Assembly (NCBI GenBank): GCA_051294375.1 | Contig: CM119268.1 | Location: 7,914,308-7,978,307, forward strand | Source: Paraspadella gotoi | Lineage: Eukaryota; Animalia; Chaetognatha | DNA length: 64,000 bases | Direction of reading: 5' to 3' | Part shown: positions 54,706 through 64,000 of the stretch, one piece after another | How the letters are laid out: each line of letters begins with the position of its first letter | Numbering within the stretch: the stretch's first letter is position 1 | Notes under the pieces: generated by a model | The model's input: the letters and a program-made list of their open reading frames with translations, nothing else | Database searches by the model: none | What the model was told of the DNA's origin: nothing | Translations under genes and position numbers: made by a program

Positions 54706-56519
54706 CTCTCCCTCTCTCTCTCTCTCTCTCGTATCAAGAAAATATTGCTTCTGAAGATGAGATATATATTTTTGGGACGAAACCATCATTATTTCTAAAC
54801 CTCCTGATGCAGAATCTTCGACTTGATCCCTTTCTTCTGGTCCGCGATTCCGAGCAACTTCTTGAATTCGCTCCGAAAATTGTCCGAGAGAAACGCGTAC
54901 AGTATCGGGTTCACGCAAGAGTTAATGTAGGCCAAGCAGTTGCCGACCAACTGACGGTGGATTAAGAAATGAATAGATGCGAGAAAGGATTGATAATTGA
55001 GGAAATGTCATTTTATTAAATTTTATTCTCTACATGATTTACAAAGAATTTTGAATTGTTACAACGATTTTATTATTAATAAGTTGCAGACATGTTTCGA
55101 CTCAGAGATTTTCGAGTCTTCATCAGCGCTTTTTGACAGTTGTTGACAACTTATTAATAATAAAATCGTTGTAACAATTCAAAATTCTTTGTAAATCTCT
55201 ATACAACAACCAAAAGAAAGGATATACCATGGATCTCTACATGATAAAATATTCCGACCGATACAAAAAATTTAAAGAAAGCCAAAAACGCGGATCGATC
55301 AACGATTAATTCAAACTTTCGCGCCGCGACCCAACCGCAAGCATATTACCGCTCTCTATTTAGCGCAACGGAATCTTTTAACCTGAAAAAAAAACCCCTT
55401 CGTTAACTTCAGTGGCAGGTCTCTTAATTATTTTTAAAAAAAGGAGACGGAGAAGAACTAATTACTCCACTCGTTGACGAGCGAACGAGCCATTGGCTCG
55501 AGGTCGGCGGCGGAAGTCGAGAATGTCAATCGGTTCCAACGTTAATTGCTCATTCATTCGCGCTCGTAATTGACTCTGGTCACTGTGAGCATCGGTTGAG
55601 GAGAAAAATTAACTTTGATTGAAAAAAATATATATATTTGAAGATGCGGAATTTGAAATAAAAAAAAAATTTCTCACCCGGATAGGTTGGATCGGATTCG
55701 GTCACAAATCACCGTCGTAATTTTTTTTTTACAATCACAAACTTTTTTCTGATCACCCGCCTCCTCGCTTATCAATCACCAGCGAAACTTTTTTTTTATT
55801 CTAATCACCCACGAGCCAATCACCTGGAATATGACTTTAGTCGGCGACATTTCCCCTTCGCCGAAGACGTCCAGCATGAAGTTGATTTGGTTGGGAAGCC
55901 AGCAGAGGGCGAACACGAGGATGACGGCCACGACCATCCAAGTCACGCGCTTCTTCTGCGCCGACTTCGGCTTCCGGTCTCCATGAGCTGGGGGTGTCGG
56001 GAAGTTGGAGTGGGGGGGGAGTTGGAATGAATGGGGGGTTGGATGGGGGGTGTTATAGGGGTAGTTAAAGAAAGGGAAGTTGGAGAGGGAAGAGAATAGG
56101 TAGGGAAACGGTTGGAGGACGGTAATTGGATAGGGGAAGTTCGAAAGAAGACNNNNNNNNNNTAATGAGGGTTGAAAAGTTAAGCAGGGGATTTAAAGTA
56201 AACAATTATGGATAAAAATTTTGTATTTAACTTCGTGTAACCGAAATTGAGGAAGACAGTTGGAAAGGAGAGATGGATAAGTTGGAGGGTCGTCGGTTAT
56301 ATGAGCTTTGGACGGGCGAGAGGAATGAATACAAATCACGGGAAGAGAGAGAGAGACAAGAGAAGCGAAATGCCTACTGTGCCGGAGAAAAAAACAAGAA
56401 GACAGGAGAGAGCGAGGAGGAAGATGGAGGAAAAGGTGCGAGGGAAAAAGAGAGAGGAGGCGGAGGAGAAGTACAAAAGACCTATGTCGGTAAGAGAGAG
56501 AGAGACGAGAGAGAGAGAG

Positions 56520-56551
<32 letters not shown>

Positions 56552-56811
56552 AAGAGAGAAGATAGATAGAGAGAGAGAGAGAGCAGAGCATTTTTATTCT
56601 TTTATCATTCCGCCATCAGTGCGACTTTTTTCTCCAAATCAGCCATTCCTACTCAAGAGAAGAGCCGATCGTTTCCGTTTGCGGAAACTCTTTGCTCAGA
56701 ATTTTGAATTAAGGCTGTCACACTGGTGAACGTCAAAAGATCTGTTTTTATTATGTAAAGGTCAAAACGTGTATGAGGTTTTGTCATATTATGACATCGT
56801 CGCATATATAA

Positions 56812-56872
<61 letters not shown>

Positions 56873-56938
56873 AATTATGTAAAGGTCAAAACGTGTATGA
56901 GGTTTTGTCATATTATGACATCGTCGCATATATAAGGA

Positions 56939-57018
<80 letters not shown>

Positions 57019-58409
57019 CTCTCTTCTCTATCTATCTTTCTCCCATCCCGTTCTCACCCTTTCTCAATCCATTCGCCCACGCGAAAAGTGGCAACTTTCA
57101 ATCCATGATTGTCACTCTGATCACCTTTTTGACCCCGAGCACTTCCTTCTCCTTTTTTCGCGTTTCTCCCTCTCCCCTTTCGACCTCTCACCATCGTTCC
57201 TTTACGGGGACTTCAAACTGGACTGATACGAAAAAAATTGTAATATAATCGAAGCGAAGAGTTGTAAAATTGTTTCGTACTAATAGAAAAATACTTGACT
57301 TTTTTTTTCCACCAATTTATAACATTCTCGTTAGGATAGTTGCTAAGTTATAAACGTTTTCCTTGGAGAGTACATTTCTGAAGAAGCATTTTTTAACTTT
57401 TAAATTTCAGATAACTTGTCAGAAAACTTTACAATCAGCGTTAAATTGTTAAAAACTATTAAAATTTGAACGAAAAAAATGAACAAAAGTGACTCCGCGC
57501 TTGAGAGCCACTGTGATTATACTATTAAGAAATTAGAACATTTTTTCTGGTCAACATGAACGTCAAGCAGTTTTCTAACTAATAAATATTATAAAAATAA
57601 TATACGGTGAAAGAATTACGAGTTTAATCAAATCTTTTTGTATCAGTCCAGATTGAAGTCCCTGTAGTGTGAACCTCACGCCGCGCCACGCTCCTACAAG
57701 GCGCAACAACAACTACGACCCTTGTTCATTTATCATTGCCTAAATACTCGCCGCCACCTGGGCCCCCCCCAAAAAAAATTGAAATTTTTCAGTACAAAGC
57801 GAATTTCTTCTTTTTCTCAAACCTATTCATGAACAATCGTTTAAGCTTTTAGAAATAGTAAATCCAACCTATGGTCCATTTTCATCATGACAATTTTATA
57901 ACCCGGTTTTGGCACATTCTTGAAAGATTTTATCGGTTCGCCCATTCCATGCTTAGCCGACCTTTGAGATACAGCCACCGATCGCCAGTGTCACCCCTCA
58001 GCCACCATTCGAGGCCAATAACCTTGCGCAGCTTGACATCCGGGTTTCCTGGTCGTGAGAAGTTTGTGGACGAGAACTCCGTATAAAACCGAAATGAGTA
58101 GGATGGGGAGAAGATAACCGAATGTCAGGAAGCAGGCCGTGAAGACTTGATGCTGGAGAAGAGGGAGGGATAAGGAAATTAGGAAAGGGATGGAGAGAGT
58201 AAGAGAGAGANNNNNNNNNNGAGAGAGAAATGTAAAAAGTCGTACATTTAATATTAGACGAAGCAAATGCCAAGTCTTTGTGTCAAGTGACTCTCAGAAT
58301 GTAGTATAAAAATAAGATTGATAACTTAATGTCAGATTGCCAGGGCGATATGACCGAGGACGGAAAAGTAGACGTGCCAGGTTGCAGAGCAAAACCGGCA
58401 AAAAAAAAG

Positions 58410-58443
<34 letters not shown>

Positions 58444-60068
58444 ACCATCCCTCTTATCATCTTGTTCCTCTCCCATCCCTTCTCCTCCTTTGACTCATTA
58501 GGAGCAGAATTTTAATCAAGTGAAAATAATTTTTTTTTATTTTTTCATCTCGGAACAAAAAAAAACAGACTTTTAAGGTTTTTCTCTCGTTTTTACCCAA
58601 AAAAATTTTCGCTGCCAAAAAAAAAAAAAGACTAAACTCATTAGCGGGTTTCGTTTGGGTGAACATTATGGGCGTAAGTGAATGGAATGATTTGTGGTTA
58701 TCTATGGGCAGAGGGCGCGTCGCCCGCGACGTCCATATTAATTCGAGCTATATCGCCCCTAGGGGGGGGGGTGAGGTTAGGAGGGGTGGGTGGGAGGATG
58801 GGGCGAGGCGACGCTGTCTCGCTCTTCATTTGCATTTCAGGTTTTATCTTTGATGCTGTCGTTGTTGTTGTTGTCGTCGTTCTTTTTCTCCCTCTCATCT
58901 CTCTATATATAGGTCAATTCTGGGATCAAGAAGCAATCTTCCCCCTGATTCGCGACCAGTGACCACTAAGGCGGAACAAAAAACAAAAAAAACAAAAAAA
59001 CAAACTGAGCAAATACCATAAAATTCATCAAATTATAGTAAAGATGATGATTTTTTATGGTTTTTTAACTTTTTTGCCAATTTATCATGAAAATTTCCCC
59101 ATCGTTATAATACTAATTTTTATGTAACATTTTGGATTTTATCTTAATTTTTTTTATAAATATAACTATTTCTTACATATAGCTAAATATTCAAATGCTT
59201 CAGCGTGTCATTACAACAAAGTAACAAAATGATGAAAAGATGATAAATATCGGTTCAGTGATGAAAGGACAAAAAAAATTATTGCAGAATATTTCAAATT
59301 GTAAAAAGTGTTAAATTCTCGCCCGTCTTGGTGTCCACGTTCTTTATCTTGGCGTGGACGATAGCGACTACTATATGCAAATTAGTTTTCGGAAGAAGAG
59401 TCTCTTCTTTCTCCTTCAACTTATCTAGTACCATACGGCTTGAAAGAATAGTTTTTTTTTTTAACTATGAAAATGTCTGTTTTCGTCATATTTTATATGA
59501 TCCATCGTTGTTTTTTTTCTTTTTTTTTTTTTTAGATTTATTCATGAGCGGAAAACGTTAATTGCTTTTTGGAATATTTTGAATTAATTTTGTGCATTTT
59601 CATTATTTTCGCGTCATAAACATTTTTCTTGGGGGAAAAAAAGAGCAATAATATATTACTATAATAATAAAATAAGGCTTTTTTATTAAGGACTTAAACC
59701 CGCGAAACATTTTTTTTTCGTACTACGTCATTTCCTCTGACAAGGACGTAACATAACATAACATAACTCATAAGATAATACTAAAAATAATTATGTCTCT
59801 GGCTTCACCTTTCCTAACCTCCACACCCCCCGCCACCCCCGCCACCGCCGCCTCCCTCTCACCCCCCCACCTCACCCTCTGTCTGGCGTCGACGCGGACA
59901 ACGGGATCTGCGCTCATCATCTCCAGACGATCCTTGGCGAGACAGATGGCCCGACGCTGCCCGTTGTATTCGTACTCGTGCACCATGAAGGCCACGCCCA
60001 CCGGGATGTCGACGACGGCGAAGACGAGCCACACTACCGACGTCACCGCCCAGGCGATTCGCTCCGTT
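54103..60068 (-). CDS. Rhodopsin-class neuropeptide GPCR, allatostatin-A/galanin receptor-like, TM4 to C-terminus; exons 60068-59876, 58152-58023, 55987-55824, 54950-54801, 54492-54103
   Basis: TM4 [12 protein letters not shown]; ECL2 Cys; TM5 [17 protein letters not shown]; TM6 [23 protein letters not shown]; TM7 [24 protein letters not shown]1-3 exons are not visible (upstream or within N gaps). Confidence 0.88.
55027..55245. mobile_element. Penelope-like terminal-repeat insertion with inverted arms and target-site duplication, in a GPCR intron
   Basis: Perfect 51-bp inverted repeat (55036-55086 / 55147-55197), direct repeat TCTCTACATGAT at 55027 and 55234, and a hammerhead between the arms. 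Confidence 0.8.
55086..55129 (-). ncRNA. Minimal type I hammerhead ribozyme (Penelope-type)
   Basis: Minus strand reads GCG-CTGATGA-A-GACTC-gaaaatctct-GAGTC-GAA-ACATGT-C-TGC: intact core, GUC cleavage triplet, palindromic stem III. Confidence 0.88.
57205..57664. mobile_element. Tc1/mariner-type MITE (TA TSD)
   Basis: TA|CGGGGACTTCAAACTGGACTGATAC ... GTATCAGTCCAGATTGAAGTCCCTG|TA; no coding capacity. Confidence 0.85.
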
Positions 60069-60099
60069 CTGGACATTGGGGAGAGATTTTTAGTCGACG

Positions 60100-60745
60100 A
60101 AAGGGAAGGGAGGAAGGCAGGGATGGAAGGTGGGAAGGGAAGGGAAGGGATGGATGGGGAAGGGGAGAAGTGGGGGGAAGGTAGAGAAGATGGGAAGTGG
60201 TAAGGGAAGAGGAAGCGGAGGGAAGGGAGAGAAGGAGGGAGAGGGAGGATGGGAAGGGATGGGAAGAGAGGAAGGATGGAAGGGTGGAAGGAGGGAAGGA
60301 AGGGATGGATGGGGAAGGGACATGCGGAAGGATGGGAAGGATGGGAAGAGAATGGGGTAAGGGAGGAGGGAAGGAGGAAGGAGAAGGATGGGGAATGGAA
60401 GATGGAATGGAGAGGAAGGGGACTTGGGAAGGAATAGTGGGAGGGTTGAAGGGAAGGGAAGGGAAAGAAAAGTGAGATGGGAAGGGAGGATGGGGAGGGA
60501 TGGAAGGGGATGGGAAGAGATGGGAAGGGATGGAAGGGAAGGAAGGAAAAGGAAGGGATTCTGGGGAGAAGTATGTGGAGGGATTGGGAAGCGATGGGAA
60601 GCAGATGGAAGGGAAGGGAAGGGATGGAAGGAGGGAAGGGATGGATGGGATGGGAAGGGAAGGATGGGACAGGGAAGGGAAGGAAGGGAAGGGAAGTGGG
60701 AAGGATGGAAGCGATGGAGGGGGAAGGGAAAGAATGGAAGGGCGC
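60100..60745. repeat. Polypurine (GGGAA/GGGAT)n low-complexity tract
   Basis: About 650 bp of almost pure G/A on the + strand. Explains the overlapping G/R/E- and P/S/L-rich ORFs. Confidence 0.9.
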
Positions 60746-62554
60746 GGGGTTTGAAGGATTGGTCGTTCCGGGTGGTCTTGGGTTTTAACCCACGAAGGAG
60801 GCGGTCGTCCGTCATTGCGGATGGGGTCGCGGTGGTTACCGGGTCAAGTTATTAGTCACCTTCGACTCGTTCAAATGGAAATGAGACAACGGGGACATAT
60901 TTCTAGAAAAGGGGAAAAGAAACCGGATTGGCTGATGGTTAAGCGGTGAAGCGGTGCTTCCGATAAAAGGGAAACCGTATGGGCGGAGGCGTTAATGAAA
61001 ATATGGAATCGGAAGGAGATTGGGATTAAGATTAAGATTAAGATTAAGATTAAGATTGAGAAGATGCAGAATAGTGGACGAAGTGGTAGGGGATAATTTA
61101 AATGGCGAGCCAAACCGGCCGTCGACTCTGTCATCTGTCATCAAACGTTAGCTTCATCGATAGCAATCATCGATCATCATCAACTGCAGCGAAATAAACT
61201 TTTTCGTCAATATCAACGTCAGCATTATCATCATCAATCATCATATTTAATCTCCTTTTTTTGACTCGTGATGCCATTTTAACCTCTTCTCCATCTCCTC
61301 CCAAATTTGACCTTTGACCCTCGCGAGTTCTGTAGATCGAAAAAAATTTTTCCCCTTTTTTCCCCCCAATTTCATAGGACGAGGGCGAGTAGCCCGAAAC
61401 TGCTCTGCTTTGCTACTGGGATGCTTTAACTACAGTCATAATAGTTTTGCAACGAAAAAGTGAAAACTGATGATGGGCCTTCTTGCCCTTCCTCGTTTCA
61501 AGGCGGCCCTCAGTTAGACAATTTTCTTTAGATAATTTTAGCTACTGGCTGAGATTATAACATGAGTTCACTCGTCCTAGAATTATCGCTCTGTTTCTTA
61601 CATTTCCTACTTCGTCATCTGCTCGTCTTATCTATCAAAAAGCACTTAAGCTTAGTTTAATTACCTTCTGAATTATCTTCTCGTAATCTTCCTACCATTT
61701 GTTTCCCGATCGTCGTTCAAACTTACCCTCACCCCTTTCTCTTCCATATTCGCTTCCTCCAGTTCACTTACCTGTAAGCCGAGGACTTCATAGGAAAAAC
61801 GACAGCGAGGAATCTGTCGAACGACATCAGAACTAAGAGATAAATGGAAGCGTAGGCCGTCCAGTACTGGGTGAAGTTCACCTGGAGGGCGCAAGGGGTG
61901 TGAAAGAGCTTTCACAATGAAATTGGTACAACCCAATATGAAAACTATCTTCCCCCTGACTTTGGACAGGCAATGGTGGATACTACTAGGTAATAACACA
62001 ACTGGGCCCTGCGAGCTTTCTCTCAAGACCCTCACACTTAAATTCACAAACGTGCAGAAACGTAATTTTCTTCTAACGTCTCTTTTCCGAACAAAATTGA
62101 CATNNNNNNNNNNNNNNNNNNNNNNNNNNNNNNNNNNNNNNNNNNNNNNNNNNNNNNNNNNNNNNNNNNNNNNNNNNNNNNNNNNNNNNNNNNNNNNNNN
62201 NNNNNNNNNNNNNNNNNNNNNNNNNNNNNNNNNNNNNNNNNNNNNNNNNNNNNNNNNNNNNNNNNNNNNNNNNNNNNNNNNNNNNNNNNNNNNNNNNNNN
62301 NNNNNNNNNNNNNNNNNNNNNNNNNNNNNNNNNNNNNNNNNNNNNNNNNNNNNNNNNNNNNNNNNNNNNNNNNNNNNNNNNNNNNNNNNNNNNNNNNNNN
62401 NNNNNNNNNNNNNNNNNNNNNNNNNNNNNNNNNNNNNNNNNNNNNNNNNNNNNNNNNNNNNNNNNNNNNNNNNNNNNNNNNNNNNNNNNNNNNNNNNNNN
62501 NNNNNNNNNNNNNNNNNNTCTCTCTCTTCTCTCTCTCTCTCTCTCTATCTCTCA

Positions 62555-62592
<38 letters not shown>

Positions 62593-64000
62593 TCTCTCCC
62601 TATCGAAATGGAGGTCCCATAATAAAATCCCGTCTTCATCAATCTTAGCTTTCGTTGAGACTTTTTTTTCGCTAACCGTGATCGCCGTCTTTCAAATCGT
62701 CGAAAATCATCATCAAAAATCATCATCATACTCATTCGTTCATCGTATCGTGTCGTCGTCGTCTCACAAAACTTAAAGACGCAAAAAAAAATTATCGTCG
62801 TCGACGGCAATGATTTGTTTCCAGGCGGCGGGGCAGCAAAGGCAGCGGGCGCAGCGGTCAGCGAGCTGACGAGCGTTTGTCTCCAGCCCAAAAGAAACAA
62901 AAGGGAAAATCGAAGAATGAGATAATGTTGTTTGTTTGATCCACCATACAAAAGTAGTGTATCAAGATGGATTCAGATTTTCAAACCACAAACGCTCACA
63001 CAAGTGACAACATATAATATACTTTAATTTATAAACACTTATTCAAGATTTGAAATTTCTCAACAATGAAGAGATCCCGGTCAATTTTTATCGGCATTTC
63101 CTAAATTATGCAAAATTAGCTTACAGAATCGAATTTGTCAGGATACAGTATGACGCTCTTCTATGTCGCGTAATTTAAACGTATTATATTATGAAATATA
63201 ATAAAATAATATAAATTATTATAGTTTATTAGTTAATATATTTTTAAATTTATTAAATATAAATAATTAACATAATAGAATCTATTATACTAATATAAAA
63301 TATCTCTCTCTTTTTAACTACATTTCGCAGAGAAAGTCTATTCGCTTTTGTAAGGAAAGGCGTTTCCCGAACAACAAAGAGATAATAAGGAGAGTTTTAA
63401 AAGATCGCTGTTTGCTTTATACGTCACCATTAGCCTCCTCATTAGCAAGTCTCGTTTAGGGTTTTCAGTGCTCTCTCTCTCTCTCTCTCTCNNNNNNNNN
63501 NNNNNNNNNNNNNNNNNNNNNNNNNNNNNNNNNNNNNNNNNNNNNNNNNNNNNNNNNNNNNNNNNNNNNNNNNNNNNNNNNNNNNNNNNNNNNNNNNNNN
63601 NNNNNNNNNNNNNNNNNNNNNNNNNNNNNNNNNNNNNNNNNNNNNNNNNNNNNNNNNNNNNNNNNNNNNNNNTCTCTCTCTCTCTCTCATTTCCTTTCTC
63701 GCGCCTCGTCACTCTTTCACAAAAGATTCCTTTTGACTTCGTCAGATTCAGAAAGAACGGAACAAATACGGAGCCCGAGAGAACGAACTACGAATTAATA
63801 AATTAATCATTTCATTAAATAAAGAGAATATAATAAAAAACCTGTTTTTTTTTAAGATGGCGGATTGGATGAGGAGCGAGAGAGCGATGCGAATTAATGA
63901 TTTCCCTCGTTAAGGCATTCTGGTTTACATACTTTTTTCAGTCTGTTGTCGCATTGGGCAATATATATCCCTCTCTATTGGGCATATATATCCCTCTCTC

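Noticed and set aside
56750-57000. Direct repeat of ~65 bp plus (CT)n as a spacer-repeat array
   Set aside because: Only two units next to microsatellites, so slippage or assembly duplication. No CRISPR-like structure was seen anywhere in this eukaryotic window.

Overview
AT-rich, (AG)n-microsatellite-rich genomic DNA from an invertebrate animal. The assembly is noisy, with N gaps, indel-ridden local duplications and homopolymer errors. Gene models I reconstructed by hand: an intron-rich Six3/6 (optix) homeobox gene (+, ~6.9-17.1 kb); an SPSB3-like SPRY/SOCS-box gene (-, 28.7-34.5 kb); a divergent innexin/pannexin (-, 39.2-41.7 kb); DGCR8/Pasha (+, 15 exons, 46.0-51.2 kb); an orphan single-exon ORF; and the 3' part of an allatostatin-A/galanin-type GPCR (-, 54.1-60.1 kb). 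The most notable feature is absent from the ORF track: a non-coding multi-exon host gene (~42.2-45.4 kb) directly upstream of DGCR8, with one snoRNA in each of eight consecutive introns. These are three U31 copies, a dual-guide U15-like C/D RNA, a U38 homologue, two H/ACA RNAs and a probable U22 homologue in the last of the eight, which resembles the vertebrate U22 host gene (UHG/SNHG1). Also present: two minimal hammerhead ribozymes in Penelope-like fragments, a highly structured tRNA-derived repeat, several MITE families and three GC-AG introns. Family and rRNA-target assignments come from recalled motifs, not database searches.
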